Source of the DNA: a virus
Length of the DNA: 64,000 nucleotides
IMG/VR virus record: IMGVR_UViG_3300020411_003715
Span: 96,001-160,000 of that record
Reading direction: 5' to 3' (one strand)
Below the pieces are notes generated by a model. The model did no database searches. It saw only the letters and a list, made by a program, of their open reading frames with translations, and had not been told where the DNA came from. Shown here piece after piece: positions 25,919 through 37,600 of this stretch (position 1 is its first letter; each line of letters starts with the position of its first letter). Made by a program: the position numbers and the translations under genes.

Positions 25919-26884
25919 ATGGCAGAGGTATACGTGAAATGCAGGACAGCACTTCTTCCGGCTGGGGATCCGGTTGGGGACGTATACGTATCTCTTCACC
26001 ATCTGAATGACTATGCCCCCTTAGCAAGCGGCACTACGGACGCAGAAGGGTCTGTGTTTCTTGGGGACCGAGCGCCGGGACCATATGAAATACATATAAC
26101 CACTAATTTGCGAACCAGGATTGTCGATGGCGGATTACAAAAGATCACAGTCGTCAATGAAGACCTGAACGCAGATGGCAACAATGACCCTAATATATTC
26201 GACGTACTAATAGACACTACGGAACTACCCCAGGCAACAGATGCCGCGTTCTGTCGGTGTTCGGGAAACTTCCTAGATGCATATGGAAAAGCTGTTGACG
26301 AGCTAACCATCAGGTTTTCAGAGGGTCCCGAAGAGTTACCAAACCTAGTTTACTACCAGAACCAAAACACGGCACATGCAGTCATTCCCAGCCAAAGGGT
26401 TATCCGGACGGATGAGAATGGGTTTGCGTCAATAGATCTAATGCGGGGAGAGCAGTACACTGTGTACATGGAGGGGTATGAGAATATATCCAGAACAATA
26501 ATTGTCCCTGATGCGGCCTCAGCACCGCTACCGGACGTTATTTTTCAGTACCCAGAATCAATTGAGTACAAACGCGATGGCGTTTTATTAAATCTTAATA
26601 CCCCAACAATCACACTTAATATCGGCCAAGAAGCCACCCTTGAGCTTGCAACAATCTTTAGAAGCGGGCTTCGGTTGGACGGTATTGTAGACATAAAGTT
26701 GTCTATTCCAGAACAAGACATTATTAGTGGTAGCCAAGCAGATAACTCTTTAGTTATAACTGCTTTGTCCCAAGGAAGTGTAACGTTAGAGGTCACCCGT
26801 GTTAAACCCGAGTCAGGAAGTGGAATCAAAGCACTACCAGACCCGGAGATGCGGGGTGCCCTCAGTGTCACTGTTAATCCCTGA
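25919..26884 (+). CDS. Beta-sandwich (Ig / prealbumin-like) virion protein
   Basis: ASGTTDAEGSVFLGDRAPGPYEI; IRTDENGFASIDLMRG; C-terminal Ig-like ATLELATIF...SQGSVTLEV. Confidence 0.6.
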   Translation: MAEVYVKCRTALLPAGDPVGDVYVSLHHLNDYAPLASGTTDAEGSVFLGDRAPGPYEIHITTNLRTRIVDGGLQKITVVNEDLNADGNNDPNIFDVLIDTTELPQATDAAFCRCSGNFLDAYGKAVDELTIRFSEGPEELPNLVYYQNQNTAHAVIPSQRVIRTDENGFASIDLMRGEQYTVYMEGYENISRTIIVPDAASAPLPDVIFQYPESIEYKRDGVLLNLNTPTITLNIGQEATLELATIFRSGLRLDGIVDIKLSIPEQDIISGSQADNSLVITALSQGSVTLEVTRVKPESGSGIKALPDPEMRGALSVTVNP

Positions 26885-27197
26885 TATTGAGGAGGCTGTT
26901 GGAAGAGGCAGCGGACGCCCGGTCCCTTGGTTTGTCAGGATGTGGGCTGCGGTTGTGCGTCGCGCAGCGGTAGACTGGGTTCTTTACCGAGAGCATAAAA
27001 CAACTAAGCTCCGTAAAATAGGCGGCGACGCGGATCTCTGGATCTTTAGGGATGATGACCAAAAAAGGCTAAGCTCATTCTCCTCAGTATGCGATATTCT
27101 TGGTCTAGAGGCTGATCTTGTGAGGCAGAAGATCTCAGAGCTAAGCGAAGAGGACGCAAGACGACTACGAGGGATGGAGTTTGGCGATGACTGGTAA
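26865..27197 (+). CDS. Small helical hypothetical protein (WAAVVRRAAVD...SFSSVCDILGL)
   Basis: The ORF fills the gap between two structural genes and overlaps both. Start uncertain: in-frame GTG at 26865 versus track start 26799. Confidence 0.6.
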   Translation: MSLLIPDIEEAVGRGSGRPVPWFVRMWAAVVRRAAVDWVLYREHKTTKLRKIGGDADLWIFRDDDQKRLSSFSSVCDILGLEADLVRQKISELSEEDARRLRGMEFGDDW

Positions 27198-30129
27198 GAT
27201 ACCCGCGAGCGAAGTAGATGACAGCATTAACGTTCTCGGCCCAACGTCCCCCGCCATAAACAGGGGGGTCGTTCAGTCCGCAGACAGGATCGTCGACAAC
27301 ATAAAAGACTTTGTCTACAGGGCGCTAAACTCTGATGTAGACTCTGTATATGCGCTTATGTTCTTCCTTCGAAATAAGGAGATCCTAGCCTGTACGGAGG
27401 CACTGGGCGCAATTGTAGATGCGCTTGAGTATGCGCCTTTTTCTCAAGGCCAAGAGACCGAGCTTTCTACAGAAAGCATAGAAGAGATAGAGGACATCCT
27501 GCTAGATATGGCCTCTGCAGGTGACACCGGGCTTAAGCACCTCACTGAAAGACTTGAGGGGGCGGTAGCTAACCTGTCTAGGAGTGCCAGAACCTCTACG
27601 GGGGCTAGACTCTCTGGGGTTAGCCGGGACACCGCAAAAGCAACAACACAATCGCTGTGCAGGGAGCTTTCCTTCTTCCTGAAAGACATCCTGAGAAACG
27701 CAGAGTATTTCAGGGATACTATCGAATCCTATATGGGTGCAGACCTTGAGGCTGCGGGGAAGTACAGCCAAGCAGCCACGGCGGCGACTGTTATGGGAGC
27801 GCACGCCGAAGATGCGTTCAGGGACCCAAACAAAGCCGTCATCGATGCCGTCGTTGCACTATCTCTAGTGAAACAAGCTCTTGAGCCTAAGCGAGACATT
27901 CGCCTCCCAAAATTTGACGGGGACGTGTTAAACCTTCCCGGGGAGCGGGGGGAGCTTCTTAGTGGAACACTTCCGTTTATCGTTCAGCCCGAGTCTGAGT
28001 CAGTAACGTTCGATCTGGACGGGTCCACCGAAAAGAGCGCCTCCCTGACAGCTCCACAATCCCTCAGCCCTGTAGATACGGTCACCATAAGCGATTTTGA
28101 CATCGTAAGGACTTCGTCTGGATTAATGTGCACCATGAGCGCTGAGGGCTTTGAGTCATATGTGGTTGACCAAGGTAACCCATACTCACACCCAGATAAC
28201 GATACGTCGCCAGCATTTAAGGACGTTGTAGTCCCTTACTCTGTAAAAATACAAGGAACATGGCTCACAGACCCAAACGACCCAAGCACGCAGGCCGCAT
28301 ATACGATAGTCGATGTCCCCAATGACCCAGATGATTTATCCCAAGGAGGGCTACTAAAAACTATCTCTTTCGACCAGTTAAATCTCACAACTGTCGGCCA
28401 GATAGATTACCTGAACGGTTATTACGCAGTCAGGATAGAGAACCACACGGGCTTCTACCTATTTGGCGGCGCATACGTTACTTATGACTATTACGTTCTT
28501 GGCGACCTGATGTACAGGCACACTTCGGATAGTAAGTTCTGGGGCGTCAACAATGAGGTCGTACCCATGGATGGGCTATCCCTGGTGGCGCACAACAGTA
28601 TTATTTCTTGGAACCCGAGCCTTGAGAACTCTGGCAAGGTTATCACCTGCGCTGGAGGCAAGAACGTTTCGGCAGGGAGCGCGTGGAAGACCTCCTTGGC
28701 GTCAGTATTGGCAGGCTCTAGTTTGACCTCTGAGGGGACCGGGGTGGTAATCGAGGAGGGTGACTCGGAGACGAATAGTTTCTCTGTATCACTTTCTCAC
28801 CGAGGCTCCGCCGTGCGACTACATTATCCACACATGAGCACCTCCCCTAGTGATCTGTTTCATCCAGGAGCTATGGCTCCCAAGTTCAAAACCAAGCCCA
28901 GCATAAACATTCTTCTTGGGCTCGTCAGGGATCTTCGGATGGAGAGGTTTGGGGATGATACCCCCTACGAAGATATCTCTAGAGACGGCATGGCCGAAGG
29001 CGAGTACGCCGAGGACACAGCCATTAACGGAGAAACAGTTAACATTGGGCAGGTCGACACACTGTCTGAAACGGTTGTTACCGGAGGGGTAGATGCGGTG
29101 ACAACAGCCATGTTGATCGCCATACCATCAGAAGATGCTGTATCACCGGGAGATAACCTCTACGACAAAAAGACGGGAAGCAACAGTAAGGTCGTTGGTA
29201 GGTTAGAGCATGGCGGGGTTGTCTACACCAAGGCTGAACCGTCATTTGCAAGACCTGTCACTGAAGACGGGGTGGCAATACAAGCTCCAGCAGACATCGT
29301 GATGACGAGACGGAGAGTGCGTGTTGAGTCTAGGTCTAACGCTGCATCTAGCAGCGTGGCTGTCTCGGGAGGATCAGGGGACAGGCTCGGATTTAGCGGA
29401 GAAGGGAAGGGAATCAGCACAACTGTAGCACTTGGCGCTACGCTGGACCTTGTTAATCCGAGCACCGATCCCGGGTACAACGTCAAGCCTAACGATCCTG
29501 TTCTAGAGGTCTTTGATAACGGGGTAACCAGAACAATCGGGAGAGTTGAAGGGGTCACGGGAAACCGTATTACTATAGTAATAACGCCAGGGGTGACATT
29601 TGAATACCCACTCAGGCATCTTCAGATAGTTCCGCTTGGATGGCTCTCAAGGAAAGATATTGGCGGGGATTTATCTTCAGCAATAACCCTTCTTGAAAAC
29701 ATTGATACAGAAAAGCTTGTTGAGCTTTCAGTGGTCTACACCGAGTCTGGTGCTGCCCAGGGACAGTTTTTCGGGGAGCTTTCTTCTTCTATTGATGCAT
29801 TGAGCCTTCTAAGAAATACCTATCTTAAATATGAAGCCCACGTAGTTAACACTGTTAATAAGCTGGTAGATTATCTGAAGCAGGAAAAACTTACGTATGT
29901 CCAAGAGTTGGTGATGACCGGTAGATTTAATGAAATCTCGCAACTTACCCCAGATAAACTATCCTCTAAGGGGGATGTTGAGAGTATGCTTGACGCCGCA
30001 TACTCTCTTCTTGGGGGTGGTGCCGAAGAGACGGTCATAACTCGTGGGTTTGACCCGCTGTCTGATTTTGCGAGCAGGGGTGAAAATGAAAACTCTTTCA
30101 TAGAAGAGTTGGCCACTATAGAGGAGTAG
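27181..30129 (+). CDS. Large hypothetical virion structural protein (helical ends, beta-rich centre)
   Basis: 982-aa acidic ORF at the head of the baseplate cluster; no family recognised. Confidence 0.55.
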   Translation: MAMTGKIPASEVDDSINVLGPTSPAINRGVVQSADRIVDNIKDFVYRALNSDVDSVYALMFFLRNKEILACTEALGAIVDALEYAPFSQGQETELSTESIEEIEDILLDMASAGDTGLKHLTERLEGAVANLSRSARTSTGARLSGVSRDTAKATTQSLCRELSFFLKDILRNAEYFRDTIESYMGADLEAAGKYSQAATAATVMGAHAEDAFRDPNKAVIDAVVALSLVKQALEPKRDIRLPKFDGDVLNLPGERGELLSGTLPFIVQPESESVTFDLDGSTEKSASLTAPQSLSPVDTVTISDFDIVRTSSGLMCTMSAEGFESYVVDQGNPYSHPDNDTSPAFKDVVVPYSVKIQGTWLTDPNDPSTQAAYTIVDVPNDPDDLSQGGLLKTISFDQLNLTTVGQIDYLNGYYAVRIENHTGFYLFGGAYVTYDYYVLGDLMYRHTSDSKFWGVNNEVVPMDGLSLVAHNSIISWNPSLENSGKVITCAGGKNVSAGSAWKTSLASVLAGSSLTSEGTGVVIEEGDSETNSFSVSLSHRGSAVRLHYPHMSTSPSDLFHPGAMAPKFKTKPSINILLGLVRDLRMERFGDDTPYEDISRDGMAEGEYAEDTAINGETVNIGQVDTLSETVVTGGVDAVTTAMLIAIPSEDAVSPGDNLYDKKTGSNSKVVGRLEHGGVVYTKAEPSFARPVTEDGVAIQAPADIVMTRRRVRVESRSNAASSSVAVSGGSGDRLGFSGEGKGISTTVALGATLDLVNPSTDPGYNVKPNDPVLEVFDNGVTRTIGRVEGVTGNRITIVITPGVTFEYPLRHLQIVPLGWLSRKDIGGDLSSAITLLENIDTEKLVELSVVYTESGAAQGQFFGELSSSIDALSLLRNTYLKYEAHVVNTVNKLVDYLKQEKLTYVQELVMTGRFNEISQLTPDKLSSKGDVESMLDAAYSLLGGGAEETVITRGFDPLSDFASRGENENSFIEELATIEE

Positions 30130-30139
30130 GGGACCACGT

Positions 30140-30625
30140 ATGTCATTGACGGATGAAAATAAGCCTGGGGAGGTTGAAGAGGCAGACAGCAAGGGGTATT
30201 CCAACGAAACCAAAGATGTAACCCTGGCCGGAAACGTCAAGGACTACAAGGCGCAGATGAAAACCGCCGCCATTCTTGAGGAAGCCCTTGTCATGCTCCG
30301 ATCTTCCGCTAGAACCAACGATTACTTCGTTGGTTACTCTTTGACAGAGGTAATGGAGGAGCGTATCCGCGTGATAGGCGGTAAAACTGGCTTAAACGGG
30401 TCGGCTGACGACGACAAAGTCGTAGATCAATTTATACCCGGAAGTACCCAAAACCCTAAAGCTAGGACTAAAATAGCTAGAGTAAACTACCTTTGGCACC
30501 TACTCCTTGGTGAGGACGAGGGAAAGACAAAAGAAAAGGGCGGGGCTATCGGCATGGCGATAAACATGAAAGAGGTGAAAGACCTCACTTGGCCAGATGG
30601 TGAGGACGAGGGCACAGGGATATAA
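30140..30625 (+). CDS. Hypothetical protein
   Basis: 161-aa ORF with GGGG/AGGAG upstream; TAATG overlap with the next gene. Confidence 0.65.
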   Translation: MSLTDENKPGEVEEADSKGYSNETKDVTLAGNVKDYKAQMKTAAILEEALVMLRSSARTNDYFVGYSLTEVMEERIRVIGGKTGLNGSADDDKVVDQFIPGSTQNPKARTKIARVNYLWHLLLGEDEGKTKEKGGAIGMAINMKEVKDLTWPDGEDEGTGI

Positions 30626-31644
30626 TGATCGATCTTCAAACCATATACATCCGAAATGTCGCGGAGCTTGATGACATTAACATCGCTTCGATGATTAGGA
30701 TTGAGAATATTGACGTTAGTGCGGTGACCGATGTTTTGATTAACGGCGCAAGCGCCAAGTTCTTTCCGTTTGGTTTAGATGTGCTGATGGTCGCTCTGCC
30801 CGCTTCTTTTGCGCATTACCAACAGCTCGTAGCGAACGAGGCCCTGGGCACTTCGGTCTCTGAATCCGTAAACGACATTAAGGTTGTGCGGAGATACGAA
30901 GGGGTGGATGGGGCTGAGTACACAAACACAGAAATAGTTTCCTGGGAAGACAACGCACTAGACATTCACGCACCCTATGGGTCTAAGCGCGTAACCCTGG
31001 ACAGCGGGGTCCTGAGACTATCCGGCAGAAACTTTGATAAGGTTGTCCGTGTAATTGTGAACGGGAAGGACCAGCAGTTCCTGATTGAGTCTGGTAGTTC
31101 GGTTTTAACCTCGATCCCCCCAAACGATTTACAGATAGAGTCTGTAGAGGTTATTACTACATCCGAAAAGGTTGGTCGCGAAACGTTCTTCGACTACTTG
31201 CTGGGCGGTGATGTAAACGTGGTTTCTGGGTTGTTTAAGATGGTGCAGCAGTTCGTCAAAGTTCTAATGACAACGCCGGGGACAGACTCCTTCAACAAGT
31301 CATTAGGCGGTAATATGCAGAACTGGGTTGGTCAGACGATTAACCTGGACAACCCGCAGGCCCTTGTGGCCAAAACTATAATTAATGTCGTACAAGTTGC
31401 GACACAGATCCAGATCCAGCAGATTGAAGCGAACGTTCCGGTTGATGAGAGATTAAGCGATGTTCAGGTTCTGGATGCAAGATTAGACCCGATGGACCCC
31501 TCGATTATGCAGATGTCTCTAAAACTAAATACGTTCGCGGGAAAACAGGCGTTTTTTCAGATGCTTGTGGGTCAGGCGAAAGATCAGATTGATGCGGCTG
31601 CTGCTTCGGTAAATCCAAACAGCGCAACCCCTTCGACGAGTTAG
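30625..31644 (+). CDS. gp25/GPW-like baseplate wedge protein with N-terminal IPT/TIG-like domains
   Basis: KMVQQFVKVLMTTPGTDSFNKSLGGN...ERLSDVQV...MSLKLNTFAG; LRLSGRNFDKVVRVIVNG; immediately precedes the J-like gene. Confidence 0.7.
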   Translation: MIDLQTIYIRNVAELDDINIASMIRIENIDVSAVTDVLINGASAKFFPFGLDVLMVALPASFAHYQQLVANEALGTSVSESVNDIKVVRRYEGVDGAEYTNTEIVSWEDNALDIHAPYGSKRVTLDSGVLRLSGRNFDKVVRVIVNGKDQQFLIESGSSVLTSIPPNDLQIESVEVITTSEKVGRETFFDYLLGGDVNVVSGLFKMVQQFVKVLMTTPGTDSFNKSLGGNMQNWVGQTINLDNPQALVAKTIINVVQVATQIQIQQIEANVPVDERLSDVQVLDARLDPMDPSIMQMSLKLNTFAGKQAFFQMLVGQAKDQIDAAAASVNPNSATPSTS

Positions 31645-31656
31645 GTGTAGGTTATT

Positions 31657-34600
31657 ATGGCAGATTCATCTCTTAAAAGGTTTATGATAGAGCGGATGCT
31701 CGACCTTGACCCCACGCTGAGTGAGGACGAGGGGTCTATTATGTACACGAAGGTCATCGACCCGCTTATAGCTAGGCTGGGTGTTGATCCTGTATCTGTA
31801 GACGTAGAGACCTTCATAATGACGAGGCTCGCCAATGACTTTCCTGAGCTTGATGTAAACTCTCCCGGGTCTGTACTACGCGATGTCTTGGTATCCCCCC
31901 TCGTGCTTCTCCTTGAGCCTCTGCGAAGGGAGATCTTTTTCCTAAAGACACAGAACTCCTTAGCAGCAGGGTCGTCTCTAACCGAAGACGAGATGGACGC
32001 GCTCTTATCTAACGTTCTCTCCGAGAGAAAATACGGTGCACACGCAAGGGGAACGGTGAGGGTTTTTTTCAACTCTGCCAAGACGATCTCTGTCGATTCG
32101 TCGATCGTATTCTCTACGGCTGACGGTATAAACTTCCACCCCGAGCAACCAGAGGTTTTTTACCCCGAAAACTTTACTCGGTCGGGTAACCTATGGTTTG
32201 TCGACATAGGTATCAGGTCGTCCGAGGCCGACATCTCGGCGAACATTGGAAGGAACCAAATAAAGTTTGTTAGCGGATTAGCTGACGTAACGCGAGTAAC
32301 CAATCAGTCTGCCATGTCAGGGGGCATCACCCTTGAGACAAACGAGGCATTTTTAGAGAGGGCTGAGAGGAGCCTTTCAGAAAGGTCACTCAACACCGAT
32401 AGGGGCATTGAGACCGAGCTATACAACAACTTCACTGATCTGGTATCGGTGACGGTAGTTGGTTTTGGCGACGAGGAGATGCAGCGCGACATACTTAAGG
32501 GGACCCTAGATACAAGCTCTTCGGAAAAGGTGGGCCCCCTAGCGTTTATGACTGCCGATTGGGCGACCATTGAGGTTATTAGTGGCAATCTGAGCGGGGG
32601 CTTCGAGAACGGCTTCCCATTTACGAACACGATTGTTCTCAAAGGCCCCTTCACCGGGGATGAGAAGGCCAAAATTCTGTCCGCTAAGTACCTCACTATT
32701 TCCGAGGGAACTCAGTATTACAACAATACACTTCTTGGGCGCGTCCGGGTAATAAGCGAGGTTTCGGAGCACCCGAACACCCAAGACATCTATATAAAAA
32801 CTTCGGACTTTGAGGTCTACCCGCAGCCCGCAAACCTTTATTCGTCCGGAACCTCCGTTCCCGTCTTGGGGCGAACTGACGCAGCGCACCACGGTCTTAA
32901 TAAACACTCCTGGCAGGGGTCCGAATTTAAACTCATTGGCGGCTCTGAGGACATAGATTACGTGACGGGGGCGCACCTCCCCTTTACAGATCATATCGAC
33001 ACCGACTTTGATTTTATAGACATTCCCCCCTCTGTTATCCCAGGACGAGACTTCCTCGTTATTTCCAGCGAGGAAGAGTTTCTTGGGTCCGGCGACACGT
33101 CTGAATGGTCTTCCAAGATCCGAACATTCCCTCTTCTCAAATATTACGGGAATGATGATCTGGGTATTGGGAGGTCGGACAGCTTCATGGTCAGCAAAAA
33201 GCGGATACTCTATAAGGGGCAGGCAGAGTATGACTTCGACCCCAATATTGAGTATTCAGCAAGCAGGGAACACATCCACGTCTTGGACTTTGGTGGGCCT
33301 AAGCTTTCTGCGCTAGGTGACGCCCAATATGGCGACGACGTGTACAGCCAAGAGGTCTACGGAGGGTCCGAAAAGGAAGACTACGGGAGACGACCGGGTG
33401 TCGCTCTTGAGGGCAAAAAAGTTAATGCTGTAAGTAAGTACTCTGCACCGTTAGATGGAGAGATAACGACACAAAACCACGATGCACTTCCCCAGGAGTG
33501 CGACATCATCCTTCACCAGTCACAGAGCCCGTGGTCTACACGAGGCATCGTTGAAGGAGACTATATTGCGTGCACCGCGTACCGGACCAATTTTGCGGGC
33601 ACCCCTTACAGGGGAGAGCTTTCGAACGCAGGTGGCGCAATGGCATGGCAGGCATGGGGTAAGGTTAAAAAGGTCGGGATGGGTTCCCCTTGGAGATTGC
33701 GTGCGGAAGGATTGGACTGGAGACCTCTGCACAAAGAGGGGGTTCTAGACTTTTCTCCTGTGAATATGTGCACCGTCACCATAGACAAACCGTTTGAACA
33801 CTTTTCGCACAGATGTCAGAGCACCAGGGGTTTTGCTGAGAACATAGGCTCAGGCACACAGGCCAATCCAACCAACACCATTTTGGGTGTCTTGGGCTGG
33901 AACGCAGACCCGGGCAACGGGGGCCACGTTGAGACCCGGAGCATGGCGGCTTTTTGGGTTGCAGAGAGACACTCTGACAACACGCTTATATCCGGGTATA
34001 TCTCACCGGTAGACGGCAACCCTTTTTACTCTTTTGCTAACTACAATAACGCCCTTATGGACGGGGCCCAGCCCTTCTGGGAGGCCCTTGGCAATACGCA
34101 TGACATCATACCGTATTCAAACGGATGCACGCGGGAAGACTGGGTAGATGAGAATGGCAACTGGTCGGGACAGTACGGAAGGTACACGGTTTCGATTAAC
34201 GAGAATGACTTCAGAGCGCAGTGGAACGCCCTTCCCTGGTTTGACAATAACAATGTGCAGGTGAAGTGGTTCAGAATTACTACCTCCATCACAACCCACG
34301 CGAACGAGACGTTTGAAATACACACAGTGCTATCCAACACAGGACCGGCGAATAATGTTTGGTCCGCAAACCCACTACAAAAATTCTTGTATGCCCTCGC
34401 CACTAACGCGAGATATGGAAGGCGGTTCAAATACTTTCCCGCGAACACGTGGCCCGCACAGGTCGGTGACTGGGACCCTGCGCTAGAGGTACCCCTCGGC
34501 CCAGCCAACGACAAGTGGTTTACAGACGATACCGTTGGGGATACGGGGGACCCCCAAACAGCCTTTACTGGTAGCGGTGGGTTTTCCATGCGTTCCATGA

Positions 34601-37600
34601 TGTACCACGCACTTGTCAATGACTGGACATGGTCAATGACTCTTGAGGAGACCGATGACTTCGACAACGGTCCCTGGGTGGTAGCAAATGGACAGGACCT
34701 ATCAAGTTTCGGCTTCTCAGCGACCTCTGGAAACTTCGAGGGGGCAACGTCGCCCAGCACGTACGCGCACGCGAACGCCCTCGTAAACAGTATAAACATG
34801 TGCCCGTGGAACCTAGATGCGGTCCACGGAGGCCTTAGCACCGACAGAACCCTTCGGGCTAGCATTGCCCCCGGATATGAGCCCGATGGGCCAATAAATA
34901 TTATCCTAAAATCAGGGAAGGGGTCCGACGGACTCATAACCAAGGAGATATGGTCTTTCGACCTTAGATCGAACGACACAGGGTATCCACCCATGGCCGA
35001 TGGCCGTCCAGACCTGTGGAACTTTTTTAACCGATCGGGTGCAGGCAACCCAAGCTTGGACATCCCTGTGGCTGCTCAGGCTGATTATATTCACGTGGGT
35101 CTTTGGAATGGGCCGATGGTCTTTACGGGGCAGCCGGCACTTGCGGGAGAGGTCAATATTGGCCACCCCTACAGAAATGTAAACGGTGGGTTCTCTGGCG
35201 GCTTCGGACCCAGAAAACAGGTTTTTGGTATTGAGAGGGTTTCCCCAACAAACCCTCCGGCCGCTAGTATGCTACCAGCATTCAGCTATATAGCGCCGGG
35301 GGACACGGAACATGATCCAACAAAAATTGGCTATGAGTTTCTTGGCAGCATGGTCGCTGAGGGAGGGAACGCTGTTGGGGCCCCGCCCACGTTCAACTTA
35401 GATACTAACGAATTTATATTTTCGCTTAATAATTTCCCCATAGCTGAGCCAACAAACGAGGATGATGACGGGGTCTCCCCGGAGTACACTTCGAGAGCGG
35501 GCGTACGGGTGGTGATGAAAATATCACTCCCGGGACCTGTGGAGGCTGTAGCGCCCAACGCGGGCAAGCCTGCAACTGTCGACATGCTTCTAGCGTTCAG
35601 AGACGACGGAAATGGAAAGATGATCCTGGATCCCGAATGGGATACCACTGACCAGACAGGCTTCTATTTTGACGCTAATGCCGCCAGTGGGTACGCGTGG
35701 CAGGACTGGTTAGACGAAGAAAAATCAGAGGTTAACTACGTATCTGGGCAAGTAAAACTCGTTTTCAAAAAGGATCATCAGTTCTCGTTCCCATCTTGGA
35801 GCGGCTTTAATCACGACCCCATAAACCTATCTGGGGTTAGGTCTTACTCGGTAGACAATGTAGATGTGTCAGCAAAGCAGCCAGCGTTCTATGCAGGCTA
35901 TGTTTACATCGATAAGCCTTACAGGCTTTTTTGGACGGCCTATAGGGGGATGCGGGAGCTTCTAACCCCACAAGGCTACACAGTGCCATCTTATGACGAC
36001 TTCGCATTCCTGCCCGCGCACAGGCGTCCAAGCCAGGAGAACCCTATACATACGACTATGCCCAGCGGTTACGTTGGTGATGGCTGGGACAGCGGTAGCG
36101 AGAACGTGTTTACCAATTACCATCTGAACGACACCAGCAACAGGTGTAAGATGGTTTGGTTGCGGTTAGGGAAACCTTTTGACGCTAACCACCCAAGCAT
36201 CGGAGGCACGCCTTACGAGAAATGCTTCTCGTCTGAGTTCGTAAGTCTTTCTGGGGAAACCATACCCTTTACCGACTTAGGCTGGGTCCCTAATGAGGAG
36301 ATCGGCTATACGAAGCTCAGGTATAAAGAGGGGGTGCTAGACATCGATATCGGGTCAGGAGCATTGGACACAAAGGTGATTCTTACACCCATGAGCCTGC
36401 CCTTAGTCGGTGGGAGTACAAAGATTTCCGACATCGAGAAGGGCCTATCAGACTCAAATCTTCTCAACGTATCTACTTCGGATGCCCCTGAACCCAACGA
36501 GAAGGGGATGTCAGGATTTCTTATCCCGCACCCAATGGGAAGTGCTTATGATATGCACACAGACCATTTCGGTGCAGGAAAGCCGATGACGACTGGGGAC
36601 AAGCTTGAGCATCAAGTCGTCAACCTGTACTCGGCAGTGCCCGCTGATGCTGGGGGCCAAACCCTAACCATCTCTGACATGCCCGGTGGCGTGCCTTTCC
36701 CGGACATCTTTACCTTTAATCCGGTTAAGATACCTAACGACACTGTTCACATTGGAGGCATGACAGATGTTTACGTTAAGTCTGGATCAATCACTGAGAG
36801 AAGTAGCGCCGAGATAAAAATCCAACCGGAAGCGCCCATACAGTCTTTTGAGGAGGGCGGGCAAATTGTTTTCGAGGGCTCCGACGGGATCATAAACTGC
36901 TCCATAAACCAGTCGCATTTCGACAGCCCCACGCTTATCGCCGAGCTTTCGTCCCTGTACGGCTCCGCCCCAAGACCCTTGGATAATCTAGTGGTGGAGA
37001 TCTTAGACCCCCCAACGACAGAGATCCAACCGGTGTTCTTTAGGGCGGTTCACACTACAGACACCGGTGTGAAAATTGACGGAGAGTTCCCAGCATCCCT
37101 CGGGCTCGGGTTTGAGCAACTAAGGTTTAGGGTCCTGAAGGAGTGCGCAACAAATCTCGTTGAGCCGCTTATAATCTTGAAGCAGGGCACAGACCTTGTG
37201 GTGAAGAAGAACGAGATGACTGCCTGGAGCCCGTCTGGATATAATTTCGCAGACAATCCCGAGAACATCACCATATATCTGCACATTGACTCTGATATCG
37301 CCTACGGGGAGTACGAGGTCACAGGGATAAACCTCAACAACCTTGTTTTGGATAAAGCCTTCTCGGAGAGCGGATCAGGTCTTTCATACAGGATATACAA
37401 GAAGCAGGGCGCAGGACTGGCCATGCCGATTGTTCGCGTAAAGGAGGTCTCCCTCTCCGGCGACAGTGAGGGCGTCAACGTCCCGTACAGACATCCTGTG
37501 GATGTGCAATCAAGTGACTTTGCAGGACTTAACGACGACCCCATCAATGAGGACACGCTCGGCATCTCAGGCGGATATCTCACACTGGAGGAGGTGGACC

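Noticed and set aside
34041-35063. 340-aa antisense ORF
   Set aside because: Entirely within the baseplate-J gene on the opposite strand, with no recognisable motifs; treated as a shadow ORF.
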